This document shows, piece after piece, positions 1 through 12,746 of a DNA stretch of 64,000 bases. The stretch lies in the NCBI RefSeq assembly GCF_009914755.1, contig NC_060938.1; one strand, given 5' to 3'. The DNA is from the human T2T-CHM13v2.0 reference genome, Homo sapiens. A program made the position numbers and the translations under genes. The number at the start of each line of letters is the position of its first letter. Positions within the stretch are counted from its first letter, which is position 1. A model generated the notes under the pieces. It worked only from the letters and a program-made list of their open reading frames with translations. It had not been told where the DNA came from and ran no database searches.

Positions 1-1011
1 GTTTGCCTTTGTGTTTGAGCATGCAAATTTTAAAGGGTCAGGGCTCTAGTTCTTAGATTTTATGCAGGATATTTTGCTCATCATGAGTCTATAATGTCAA
101 ATAATAACCACAAGGATTTACAAAGCCCAGTTTGAGAAAGGTCACCAAAATATATGAGTTGACTTTTAGAGCTGATACTCTAGGCTTGAAATGAGGATGA
201 TTAAATCTTAAACCTTCACTAAAGTTTGGAAGAGCCTGGCTGGATTTGAGTTTTAAAGACCGAGGCATGATTAGCCTTCTTTTTCTATCATACCCTTCTC
301 CCAGTTTAGCTACTGAGCACTGTCTTTAAAAGTACTGTTGTTTTAATAAAAAAAGGAACAAAAGTATTACCTCATCAGCATTTAAAACATGAAAAAATGG
401 GATGGAGAAAAGACATGAGATGAAAAGACTAGTTTGAAAATGTTCCAAGATCCCAAGATGCAAACATGCAAAGCATCATGGGGGCAGAGAACGTGGCCGC
501 ATGAGGTAGCTCCAATCTCAGCAACATAAAAAGGCAGAGTGTTTACCAAATCTTTGAAACAGCTTTATTCCCAGAAAGGACCAATTATAGTTGAATATAA
601 TCCAGAAAATTGTGATTGAAGGCTACTTCCTGGAACAGGTAGCCTGAGAGTTCCAGGATGTGTGAGTTGAGGAGGAAATGCTGTTCACTTCCAAAGAAAT
701 GACTGGTGAGTAGAAGGCATCTGAAGGACAATGACTGACATCCTAAAGACTGGGGAGTGTGCAGAGGGTAAGCTGTTATCATTTGATGTATTGGAATGAG
801 AGTGCTTGATTACTCCATATAAAAATAGTTTTGTCCTGAGATCTGGAATTTCACTCTGCTGCATCAATATACAGTTTTACGGGCAACCTTAAAACAAGGA
901 CCATGTAATTATGGCCAGCCAGGCCAATTAGAGAGAAAACCATGAAACAGCTGGGTGTTAACTATCTCTGGAGGTTGATGTTGAGAAAAAACCATGAACT
1001 TCAGAGCTCAG

Positions 1012-1606
<595 letters not shown>

Positions 1607-2326
1607 TGTACCATATTTTCTTAGAGCTGTCACACTGCCCCCTTCCATGGAACTGGCTGATAAAGGCTTTAAGTGTCATCTAACCCAAGTGTACTTCCTA
1701 TACTGTAATCTTTTAAAGGCAACTTTGAACAATTTAAAAATTATTGTGACTTAAAGGAATCGATATCTAATGATAGAATTCTAGTTCCTGGCTTACTGGT
1801 ATGGGAGACAGTTTTGTCTGGGGCCAGCCAGTCCCATCTTGGTATCACACTTTGTAATTTTCTGAGCATTTGACCTTTTCTTCATGTGGTCTTTGTCAAC
1901 CTACTTGTAAGGCCAGCCTGCCTATAAAATGGAGGACTCTCCAGGACCACTTTAATCGGAGGTCAGAATAATTTACAGTTACTGTGCCAGTGGTTTGTGT
2001 GCAATGAGATCGTGCATAGCTTCATTAGTGAGTTTACTGTGCTGGGCCTTTCCAAAGATTGTGTTTCTTGATTTGGTCCCTGGATAAATTTGCAAGTGCT
2101 AATCTAGTTGTTGCTGGAGAGCATCCAAACCTAAGGCAGAACTCTTGCTCCTTGGATTGTTAGGCATTAGATTGGCAGGGTCTTGGACTCTGGTAAATTC
2201 TGCAGGCCTAAGGGAGACTGGTCATCCAGCCAGGTGTAGGGTAAAGGAATTATTGGGAAATATACAGTAAGGGAGGCCTGTGAGGTCAGTACCTTGAGGG
2301 ATTTGTGCTGTGACTTCCAAGTCCAA

Positions 2327-3305
2327 ATTCAACAGAGATTTAGTGCGTGCCTACTGTGTGCCAGACACCATTCTAGGAATTGAGGATGTATCAGAGAATA
2401 AGATGAACAAAAATATTCCTGCCTTTGTCGGTCTTATATTCTACTGGGAGAGTAGGGTAGAGAAGTACACACATAAAGAAAAATCACAATAAATACACTA
2501 GCTAGATACATAGATAGATGCTGGTAGGTGATATGTGCTATAGTAGAAACAAAATAGATCCGAGAAAGGGGGATTTGGAATGTGGGTGAGAGATGGAAAA
2601 CAATTTCCTATAAGGCAGTTAGAGAGACCTCACTGAGGATATGATATTTGGATATTTGAATGATGATGACATAGGGAGGGACCTACAGATTAGGAATTAG
2701 AGTGGGAAGTGGTTGAGGTGTGTGTGGGGGGCATATTTTATAAGCCTTTGATGGCTTCTGTGAGGACTCTGGTTTCTACTCTGAGAGAATGGGGAGTCAA
2801 CAGAGGGTTCTGTGTAGAGAATCTCTCTTGTATTTTAATAGTATCCCTCTGGCTGCAGCAGGGCCATTTGGGAGGCTCCTGCCGTAATCCAGGTGAGAGA
2901 TTGAGGAGGTGGGTGTTGGGCTAGAGTGGCTGCAGTGGACGGCGTGAGAGTGGTTCTATTCCAGTTTTGTTTGGAAGGTAGAGCCAGCAGTATTTGCTGC
3001 TGGATTGAATATGGGTGTGAGAAGAGAGGGATCAGTGAGAACTCCAAGGTATTTATCCTAAGCAGCAGGAAGGAAGGTATTGCCTTTCAGCAAGATGGGG
3101 AAGACTGGAGGAGGAGACAATTTACAGGGAAAGGGCAAGAGTCTAGCTTAGTCATATTATATCTGAGATGCCAGATTTGGGTTTGCTAACCAAGAGGAGA
3201 TATTGAGGAAGCGGTTGGGTTTGAGCTTACAGTTCAGGGGAGAGGGTCAGGCTGGAGATATACACTTGAGGGTCACCAGCATACAGACGGTGATTAAAGC
3301 CAGGG
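2327..3305 (-). mobile_element. L2 LINE (L2a-like) 3' portion
   Basis: 'aacagagatttagtgcgtgcctactgtgtgccagacaccattctagg' is the L2 3' end in reverse; L2-like purine-rich body continues to ~3300. Confidence 0.85.
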
Positions 3306-3479
3306 CACTTTCCAGAATCACTTCTTTCCTGTGAGAGTTTCCTAACTTTGTGTCAGAACTCATATTCCCTAAGGGTGGATTCAGATCAAGCTTCTAGCCA
3401 TAGGTCCCTTCCACTTGCTTCTCCATCTATCTGAGGTTCATACCTGGATGGGTTCCATTGTCTTCCCATGGAAGACGGG

Positions 3480-3702
3480 AGGGCTCCTCCCCGAGGATGA
3501 TACAAGATGATCCCCTGGGATGTAGGATGAACACGTCAGAATCTCTGTCTTTGATCTCGTCTGAAGTTGTGTGTGTGCGTGTTTGTTTTTTAAAGTGCTT
3601 AATATGTGTTTATATTTTATAAATTATTTGTTCATTGAGAATGTGTATTTAAAAACTTCTTACTAGCAAAGTGGGAGATTTGAGAAGTTTACGTACCACA
3701 GT
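3480..3702. mobile_element. Degraded hAT-Charlie (Charlie4-like) fragment
   Basis: 'tacaagatgatcccctgggatgtagg...' and end 'gagaagtttacgtaccacag' resemble a Charlie4 terminus. Confidence 0.45.
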
Positions 3703-4374
3703 CTGAATGAAGAGGAGAGGGAAACTTTGTTAATTCTGGACCTCTCAGTGGGGATGGGTAGTAATTAGGGAGTCCTATTTCTTTGTCCCTGTTGGAGTAA
3801 GAGGGACACTGAGCTTACCTATTGTAGAAAAGCTGCCTTTTTAATGATTCTGTAAACACTTATTGAAACACCTACTAGGGCTGGACGGAGCAGTGGAAAT
3901 TTTTGCCAACATTATATCCTCAGAGCAACCCCAGGAGTTTGGACCAGAGAATCGCTCTCCATGAAGGAAACAGGAATGGGGAGGTGGATTGAAGGTGGGT
4001 ACAGGGGATGCCCCTCACTTCATAAATGAGGGGAGGCGTCATCCCAGGCTCTCACCCCAAGGCCACTCTTCTCTAGTTTCAAGCCCACCCTTACCCCATG
4101 AATTCCTGATTTGAGATGTTCAACTTCTTTCCCTCTAAATCCCTTTTGAGTTTCAGAAAACATTCTCCTGAAGTCTGCACTTGAGATGATAAAAATAATT
4201 GGGCAATGTTAAGTGGTGGGCAGTGGCTCCCTTGGGAGGAAAAAGGCTGTTGCATTATTTTCCCTTTTTTCTCTCCCTTTTAAGACTTTTATAGGAAAAC
4301 CTCAAGTTTTACCCATTGTCTGTGGCCCTCTGGCACTCTGTCAGCTCTTTTAAATCATCAGTTATCTTTTCATA

Positions 4375-4524
4375 TGTTGATCTCTTATTTCTCAAGGTAG
4401 ATTGTAAAAGCCTTGAGGGCCAGGACTCTGCCCAAGCTGAGCCAGGCTCCCTTTCTGTCACTCTCCCCTATCTTGGTGCCTTGCACCTGGCAGGTGTTTA
4501 GTAATGACTGATTGATTGATTGAT
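4375..4524 (+). mobile_element. L2 3' end fragment
   Basis: 'tagattgtaaaagccttgagggccaggact...' ending in a (tgat)n tail. Confidence 0.65.
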
Positions 4525-5007
4525 ATTAATGTATAATATATTAATTACTAGTATCATTAGTTCAAAAGCTTTGATTATGAGTAAAATAAAGTAGACACAT
4601 TAATTCAGCAGTTCCCAATAGCCAGCAGCTGAAAGGAAGGCAGCTGTGGCCTGATTCCTTCCTCCCACCTGCCTTTAGTTTGCTGAGCATAAAGGGGAAG
4701 TGTTGTCTGCAGCTCTTGGAGGTCTACTGAGGTCTCTGAGTCATGACAAAAATGACTTCAGAGACCGAAGCACTCTCTGCATGAAAAGCCCTGTCTCCAG
4801 CTCCATGAAATGTAAATCTGGGAACTGCTGGGGAAGGCACAGGCAGTCAGGTGAGGCTAATGGGAAAAGCCTGAGTCTAGAGAGAGCATCGCTAAGGTAA
4901 CCAGAACCCTAACTCTGAAGGTTTTGCCTGGGTTCACAAAAGCCTTCCAGCTTTCCATTTTAAAAAGGAACTCCACAAAGTAGACTCAGGAAAATGTGCT
5001 TTGGAGC

Positions 5008-5210
5008 TGTGGTCTTCAAAATCCAGAGCTCCTCAGAATCACTGGAGAAGCAAGTTAAACTCAGATTCCTGGGTCCCTCCTCCCCACCCCCATAGAGTAT
5101 GATTCAATAGGTTTGGAGTTGTGGCCAGGTATCTGCACTTAAAACGGAAGTTCATTTATTTGTTTTTGGGTGTAAGTGGTTCTAGAGACCACGCTTTAAA
5201 GAATTCCTGT
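5008..5210. mobile_element. MER5-family hAT MITE
   Basis: 'tcagaatcactggagaagcaagttaaactcagattcctgggtccc...gattcaataggtttgg...tatctgcac'. Confidence 0.7.
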
Positions 5211-5402
5211 ATTTGACTTGGAGTTGCAGTGAGGCTGGGACCTGGGTTCTTGGAATTGGTCTGATTATCTTTAATGTGTTAATAATCTCTTTGCCAGTAG
5301 CTGCATTTTCTTATGCGTCCTTGGTCCTGAGTTGACTCGAAGCTGTGCCTCTCTTCCCAGGCCTGAGTTTGAACTGGTATTTTAGAAGGAAGAAAGGAGA
5401 CA

Positions 5403-5525
5403 AACTCATTATTTAGCAAGTGTGTACCGAGCATCTGCTTTGCTCCTGGCAGTGTTCTAGGTACTTGGGATGAACAGGGGATTAAGGTCAAGACCCTGCT
5501 CTCATGGAGCTGCTTCTATTCTAGG
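5403..5525 (-). mobile_element. L2 3' end fragment
   Basis: 'catttatttagcaagtgtgtaccgagcatctgc...gttctaggtacttggga...ccctgctctcatggagct'. Confidence 0.7.
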
Positions 5526-7199
5526 AGGCTCCTGGGTTTATATTTATGGTCGAGAAGGGACTCCTTCTCTGAAACTGAGCAAGTATATACTCCACAGGTC
5601 TTAAGTGGACATCCTCTGCTCATTGTTTGATAGATGAGGAGAGTAAGTGCCTCTAGAGGTTGAGTGACTCATCTGAGATGATTCTTAGTAACAGAGGTGC
5701 AATGGGTGGGGTGTCTTTTCAGCTCCCAGCATGTTCAAAGGGTCAGTATCCACATATGACCACCCCCAGGGTTCCCTCTTATCTGCTCTCCTATGAGAAC
5801 AGTTTTGGGGAAGATGGCTAGGGGACAGCATCCTGTTGTGATGCAATTCATTGGACTGGGACAATGACTTTCTGCTAGGCTCTAAGCCAGGTCATTGAAT
5901 CCTATGGGTCTCTGTTGCTCCTTGTGCAAATTTTGGTAGACTTTGGATCATCTGTATGTTTATAGCACAGGTCCTCTCTGATTTTCTAGAATTTCTAATT
6001 TTTTAGAATTTTCTAGAATTTAGTCTAAGCCCCTTTCTAATTTTTTTGTATTTTCTAGAATTCAGTGCCCAGACTTTTTTCTGAGCACGCCTGGTGTCTG
6101 CCTCAGTGGTGTCTTAAGGTGCGAAATAATAACTAGCAGTAATTTCACTTACTGGGGGAGGCAGCAGGCATGCCTTCACAGTAATGGACATGTATGGAGG
6201 TGGAGAGCAAAGAGCCAAATGGAAGAGGGAGGTGCAGTTTCCCTGACTGTACAGAGGGAATTACATGACCTCCCTGCCTTTAACCTTGAGCTCAGGGATA
6301 CCACTTATTTTCACACCATCCAAATTCTAGCATTCTGGAGCAAAGAGCTGCTCACTTATCCTAGTTATGGGTTTTACTGGGTTGTAGGTACCAGGGATAA
6401 TTAGTGAAGGTGGCAATGGGGGTTATGAGAGAAAAGGAAGGTAATGGGAACGGCAGGGACAGAAAGGAAGGGAAAACAGCTAACCAGCTTTGGGGATGAT
6501 AAAGTAAATGCTCACCTAGGCTTAGGGACAGCCTCCTGCCTCCATCACAGTGAGGGAACAAGGGAGTCTTTAAGATATTGGTGGCTATGTGCCTGTGCAT
6601 AGGGCTTGCTCTGGGGTTTCAAAGGCTGTCTCACCCTGTGTGTTAGGCAGAGCACTGGATATTTTCTCTAAGCACTGAAGGTCTAAATGAAATTTAGCTT
6701 TCTCAAACATCCTAATTATTTCTACATTCCTAAAGCTCTGAGAAGGCCGTATATATAGTACTGATATTGTTCTCCCAGGTGGTTGGCGACATGATTTTTA
6801 AACTTCCTTTGTTTGGAGGAACCAGAGATGAACAGATGAATCTGGAATGTTTGGGGCAGCAATGAAGTATATAGTTGGGTGGACTCACAGTCAAAAAGTC
6901 TAAGATCCTGAGGGTCATGACTGACTCAGCTTAGGCTGTCATGGCACTGAGTGACTTCAGAGTACCCAGTGGGAAGGTGGGCTGGAGGTACATGGATGGG
7001 GGGATGGAGAATGGGGTGTGAGTATTGTGTATTTCTCTCTTCCCTTTGGTGTTTAGGTTGTTATTGCTAGGAGTGAGCCAGGTCTTTCTGTCCTCAAAGA
7101 CTAAATTATTCCCAGAAGAGTAAATGCCATCCACAGACATATTGGTGACTTCCACCAGGGCTGCCCTTGATGCTGTATCTCTGTAACATTTCCCTCAAA

Positions 7200-7383
7200 G
7201 CAACACCATCTGACATGGTAGCCATTAGCCACATGTGACTACATTTCAAATGATGAAAATGAAAAAAACAAAATTCACTTCCCCAGTCTCACTAGTTTAA
7301 CGTGTGGCCAGTAACTAATGTGATGGACAGTGCAGAATGGTAGAACATCTCCATCACTGAAGAAATTCCTATTGAACAGAGCA
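7200..7383 (-). mobile_element. MER3 hAT-Charlie MITE
   Basis: 'ggtagccattagccacatgtgact...ggacagtgcaga...agaacatctccatcactgaagaaattcctattgaacag' matches MER3 in reverse. Confidence 0.85.
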
Positions 7384-7621
7384 GTCTTAAAGTCCTTTCT
7401 AGTCCAAGGGTCTAGAGCCCCTTTGGGCCTGTGTTTGCTGGTGGGGGAATGGGGACTCTTCCTTATCAATGAGCCCTGTAGTTGTCCCATAGCAAGCCAC
7501 CTGATGGATAGCCTAGAAGTGGAAATGACAGAAAGGGCAGAGGTTGGTGCAGACTAGCTAGGTTTCCAAAAGTAGATAAAATAAACTACAGTGCAAGTGG
7601 GACAACCGACCCACTCAGATG

Positions 7622-7734
7622 CTTGGGGACAGGGGAAGTATATCAGTTATTTATTGCTGCACAACGAAGTGATGGCTTATAACAACAATTTATTTTTCGT
7701 GATTCAGTGGGTTGACTCAGAAGTTTACCCCAAG
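7622..7734. repeat. Dispersed direct duplication of 9358-9464
   Basis: About 90% identical by eye: both read gggacaggggaagtatatcagttatttattgctgc...gattcagtgggttgactcagaagttt. Confidence 0.9.
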
Positions 7735-7854
7735 TTAGACTGAAAAAGAAATGAGAGCAGAATCCAGGACCACAAAAATTAGGCTTTGGTACTTTTAGGT
7801 GAAAATTTTGGACTTAACACTTTAACACTTGAAAGGGCCTCTTCATTGTGGTTT

Positions 7855-7990
7855 CATTCACCTTATTTAGAAATGAGGAAATCCAGTTTCTGAGAGGTTG
7901 TGTGACTTGCCCAAGGTGGTGGAGGTGGTTAGGCTGAGCCTCGGATCTAGGCTCCTGACTTTGAATTATTGGCTTTTTGTATTGGACCAA
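7855..7990 (-). mobile_element. MIR
   Basis: 'agaaatgaggaaatccagtttctgagaggttgtgtgacttgcccaaggt'. Confidence 0.8.
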
Positions 7991-8179
7991 ACTACCTCTC
8001 AACAAAAGGGGAATATTATGGCCTCATTGGGTCTGCAGTCCTCTGTGGTCAAACAAGTTGCTCTTCTTACCTGAGAAGGACAGATAAGGGCAAATAGACT
8101 ATTTGCCTAGGGGCTGGCTGCTCCCACTAAACCTTGTGACACCTTAGTTGGAGAAGCTGAAGGAAAGAGGTAAATATTA

Positions 8180-8372
8180 TTTGTTGAATCTTTACCACAC
8201 GTGAGGCACTTTGCCAGGCCTTTTAAATATATTTTCGCATGGGAGCAGGCATTATTTTTTCATTTTAACTGATGAAGAAACTGAAGCACAGAAATGTTTA
8301 GAATCTTGCTCAAAGTCTCAAAGCTAGTAAGCAGATGGGTTATAAATCTAGGTCCATGCTACTCTAGAGCCT
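8180..8372 (-). mobile_element. MIR
   Basis: 'cattttaactgatgaagaaactgaagcacaga...cttgctcaaagtctcaaagctagtaag'. Confidence 0.8.
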
Positions 8373-9374
8373 GATGTCCACATCATTCCATAGCTCTGTG
8401 ACAAACAGACACAGGCCCTTAGAGAGGAGGTGCACATATAGCATTGACTGTGTCTGGTGGTGTGTTTGGGAAGGGTGTCAGCAGAGCCTGGGTCACCCTT
8501 CCTTAGACATAGGATTATTCTAGCCATAAGTGTGAGGAGAAAAAATAGCTTTGAGGTAAGGTGGTCAAATAGGACTGCTGATTTCTTTGGAATCCAACTG
8601 CTTGAGTCAAGAAGGGATTGCCTTTTTGAAATTGCTGGCAGACAGGAGCTCCCAGCTAATCCCTCCTCTGTACACATGTGGACCCTTAAGATGAGTTCCT
8701 TGGATGCTAGGATTCCAGATAGAAGTAAATATCTTTAGGCAGCCATGTTGACCCCAGAAATTAGTGCCAGGGACTTTCTTAAAGAGGATTCTAAGATTTT
8801 CTGGAATTCCTGAAGAAAAGTAGATGAGGAGCACTGAGAAGAAGAAGTACGTCTCAGGTCACCCAGTTAAATTTGAATTTCAGTGCTCCTTCTCCTTTTC
8901 AGTGACACAAAGGGAGACAGAAAGAGAGATATTAGACTCTCCCTTTTAATCCAGAATCTTCGGTAACTGGAAGACAAGTTGTAGTCTACCAACAGCTGAA
9001 ATTCATGGAGGCAAGAATGAGTGAGAAGATAGCAAAAAAGAAAGCTGTTCATGGCTTAGAAAGCAGGTCTCATCCAATGGACTGTACGGGTTTCTGGGAG
9101 AGAATCATGCCTTGGAAATATCCGTTCATCAAAAGCATAGTTTGCATCTGCAAGCCCGAAGGGAAACTGAGAAAACCAGCCACCAATTTGGCAGGCAACA
9201 GAATTGTCTCCTCCAAGATAGTGAGTGGAGGAGAGAAGGCTGCCTTTTCCCAAGAGGACCAGTCCAGCCCTTGTTAGGCCATCTCCGAAGATGTATGTTT
9301 CCTTTACCAGGTGTAGCCTTACAGGAAGGGACTCTTTGGAGTGAAGCCAAGTGTCTACTTTGGGACAGGGGAAG

Positions 9375-9875
9375 TATATCAGTTATTTATTGCTGCATAA
9401 CAGATGGCTTATAACTACAATTATTTTTCATGATTCAGTGGGTTGACTCAGAAGTTTGCCCCAGGTCTATTGCTGGGGTCACTTATGCAGCTGCATTCAT
9501 CTGGCAGATAGGCTGGGTTTCATCAAGGTCTCTCTCACACATCCAGGGCCTTAGTGTTGACTGGAGGCTGAGACCCTTGGTTCTCCTCCATGTGGCTTCT
9601 CGTCTTCCAGGGTCTCTTCTTGCGGCTCCTCAAACCAGAAAGATGGCCTGGGTTTCCTGATAGCATGTTGGCTGGGTTCTAAAAGAATGAAAATAGAAAT
9701 TGTTAGGCTTCTTCAGGGCAAGACCTGTAACTGACACAGCATCACTTAAGCCCACTTCTGTTGGTCAAAGCAAGTCTAAAGGCCCAGCCAGATTCATGGA
9801 GAGGAGAAATAGATGATATCTCTTGATTTGATGGGTGGTGTGATTGGCAGCCACATTCGAAGGCAAACTGTTATA
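9375..9875 (-). mobile_element. MLT1 (MaLR, H/G-like) solo LTR
   Basis: Starts 'tatatcagttatttattgctgcataac'; contains 'cagcatcact...ctgttggtcaaagcaagtc...ggcccagccagattca' typical of MLT1. Confidence 0.8.
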
Positions 9876-9935
9876 GGAAGTAAGTACTTTTATACCTGCT
9901 TAGCCCAAATAAACGATAGCAAGCTTTCCCTTTGG

Positions 9936-10129
9936 TAGGGTTGCATTATTTAGCAAATAAAAATATAGGACACTCGGTTAAATGTGAATTTCAGATAAAT
10001 AATGAGTCAGTTTTTTATTATAAGTATATTCCATGAAATGTTTGGAACATGCTTGTAGTAAAAAAGTATTTGTTTTTTATTAGAGATTCACATTTAACTG
10101 GACAGTTTGTATTTTATTTTGCAACTTTG
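9936..10129. mobile_element. MER53 palindromic hAT MITE
   Basis: 'tagggttgc...tagcaaataaaaatataggacactcggttaaatgtgaatttcagataa' and inverse arm 'attcacatttaactggacagtttgtattttattttgcaac'. Confidence 0.9.
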
Positions 10130-10247
10130 GTAATAGTGGCTTTCCGAGGGTGAGATTCTCATGAGGGCATAAGTGGGTGTTTTGGGGGGAATTGGTCCCC
10201 AGAATTTGTAGTCCAAGACATGGGTAATTTGAAAAAGCCTCCTAGGG

Positions 10248-10370
10248 CAATGCTTTTCAGACTCTCATGTGTGCAGGAATCACCTGGAGATTCTGGTTTA
10301 GAAGTTTGGGGTAGGGCCCAAGATTTTCCCTTTCTAACAAGCTCCCAGGTGATGCCCATGCTGGTCCATG
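10248..10370. mobile_element. MER5A
   Basis: 'gaatcacctggagattctgg...ggggtagggcccaagattttccctttctaacaagctcccaggtgatgcc'. Confidence 0.85.
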
Positions 10371-10397
10371 GAATACAATATGAGTAACAAGAAGCTA

Positions 10398-10603
10398 GGT
10401 CTGTAAAGGCCCAGATAGGAAATATTTTTGGCTTTGTGGGCTGTAGAGCCTCCTTTGCAACTACTCAGCTGGTGTTTTATCAGGAAAGCAGCCATAGACA
10501 ATATGTAAAAAATGAGCGTGACTGTGTTCCAGTGAAATTTTATTTCCAAAAGTTGAGAGTGGATAGGATTTGGCCTGTGGCTGGCTGTCATTTGCTGACC
10601 CTG
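10398..10603 (+). mobile_element. MER58A hAT-Charlie
   Basis: 'ctgtaaaggcccagataggaaatatttttggctttgtgggc...gcaactactcagct...aaagcagccatagacaatatgtaaa...tttgctgaccctg'. Confidence 0.9.
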
Positions 10604-11054
10604 AGTTAGGTGATTCTCATGTGCTCCCTTCTGTAAAGATAATCTCTGGTGCAAGGAAGGGAAGGCTTGTACTAGAAGTCTACGATTTCAGGAGTTCAGA
10701 AAGGATTGCACTAAATCCCTTACTGCCAAACACAGATTTCTCTCTGCTCGTAATTATTCAGATCTTCAACTAATATTTGGTTCTCTATTGAAATGCAAAT
10801 TCCCTGAACTAGGAATCCTGTTAAGCTGATAAACAGTCTTTACATCCCAGAGTGAATGTATTTAGGATCCCTTCTTGAGGGGACAGAGAACCCCAGAATA
10901 GGGAAGTTGGGCTCTAACTCACTCATATGTTTGCCTAGAGTAGGCCAGCTGGTTTTTACCTTGCTCTCTACACGTAAGGTGTGCTTGCCAATGTCAATAA
11001 CTAAAATACTCATGTTACTGAAAGGTATTTAGGTGTGTGAACAAGATGTTGCTT

Positions 11055-11170
11055 TATCAACTGTCCAGGTTTGCCTGGGCCTGCAGGATTTCCTGAAATG
11101 TGGGACTTTCATTGCTGAAACCAGGACAGTTCCAGGCAAACCAGGATAGAGAGAGGGAGAGAGATGTCAC
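11055..11170. mobile_element. MER94 hAT-Blackjack MITE
   Basis: 'ctgtccaggtttgcctggg...tgggactttcattgctgaaaccaggacagttccaggcaaaccagga'. Confidence 0.8.
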
Positions 11171-11469
11171 TGAGCTCTCAATCAATTCCCACAATAATGA
11201 TTTGGTGACAACACAGCGTATTTCCACTGAACTCAAAGGCAGTTAGAAGAGTCTCAAAGGAATATCCATTTTATTTTAGTTGAACTTGAGAAATACATGC
11301 CATTCTGTTCTGTACTTTTAGGGAGGCATTGTTATAGGGAATACAAGCACAGGGTTGGGAAGTGCTTGCTAGGGCCACATTTCGTGGCCCTCTGTAATTA
11401 GGTGCCGAGATTGCCGAGGGTGACATTAGTGGAGATGGTGATGGTAATAATAATAGTTATTATAAATAA

Positions 11470-11700
11470 CCACTAACATTTCTTGGGTGCTTACATATAT
11501 GTCAGGTAAATTGTATGTTTCACATTCATTATCTGATTAAATGTTCTCTCAGCAAACCTGTGAGCTAGGTACTATTATTTTCTCAATTTTACAGACAATT
11601 AACTTATGGTTTAGAGAGTTGTGTTGACTTGTCCAGTCACATAGCTAATACATTGGTGTTCAAATGCTTAAGACCTTGAATTCTTAATTACTCATTACTC
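11470..11700 (-). mobile_element. MIR
   Basis: 'aaacctgtgagctaggtactattattttctcaattttacagac...gacttgtccagtcacatagcta'. Confidence 0.75.
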
Positions 11701-11992
11701 ATGTGTCTACAGCACCAAAGCCTTTCCTAGATTTTCTCTTGCCTCTAGTACCCCTTTCCTGGTCCCCACCCATCTCTGATGTGATGGGAAGCACACTTGC
11801 TATGTGTTTTTGATAGGATATTTTACTTCACTGAGCCTGTTTGCTCATATGCTTAAAAACAGGGGGTGGTTAATAACACTTTAGATTGTTCATTTCTTTA
11901 TCCACTCCCCCTGCCTCCCACTTTTTGCCACAGTCATAATTATTTCATTCTGCAGGGTGATTCTCTACCATCAGAGAAAGTTTGGCATAGTT

Positions 11993-12141
11993 CAGTCGTT
12001 CTCAAAGTTTGGCTACCAGACTAGCCACAACTGGGAACTGTTAGAAAAGCAAATTTCTTGAGCCTCATCCTAGATCTACTGAATCAGCAAATCTAGAGGT
12101 GGGGTCCAACAATCTGTTGCATGGTAAGGCTTGAGAACCAT
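11993..12141. mobile_element. MER5A
   Basis: 'cagtcgttctcaaagtttgg...gggaactgttagaaaagcaaat...tagatctactgaatcagcaaatcta...ttgagaacca'. Confidence 0.85.
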
Positions 12142-12746
12142 GAGTATAATGAAAAGAGCTTGGGGTCTTAAATCAACACAACCAAGTTGAATTTTGCTTC
12201 TGCCATTTGGGTGATGCTTACATCAACACCACACTATAAACTTTTTGAGCCTTTGTTTCCTCTTCTCTAATATGGAATATCATAATCTCACAGTTCTATC
12301 TATGATGAGGGTCAAATAAGAAAATGGCACAAAACTGAATTTAAACATTAAAGCATCAATGTTGACATTATCCATCTGTGGGCATCTCTCCCAAATCGCT
12401 CATGTTCTACCTTCCTACTGATGTATAAATCCTGTAGAAACTGATTTTTGGCTAAGAAAGGGTAAAAACAGCCAGATAAGTAATATTTATATGGCAGGCC
12501 ACTATCTTTAGAGTACTTTCAAATGATTTTATTTAATTCTTACACCAGTTCTGTGAAATAGAATTTTAAGGGAGCTTTGAGTTTCAGAGTGTGAATGACT
12601 TGCCTGAGTTGCCACTGCAAGAGTGTGTGACAAAGCTAAGGCTTAAATTCAGTCTCAATTAAAAATCTGGTGCTTCCTCTAGATCACTCTGGTTAAAGCC
12701 AGAGACAAAGGGCAGGCAGCTGCCAGCACAAAACCTCCTCCAGCCC

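Noticed and set aside
8861-8883. 'cccagttaaatttgaatttcag' matching MER53
   Set aside because: Only ~22 bp and the flanks do not extend the match.
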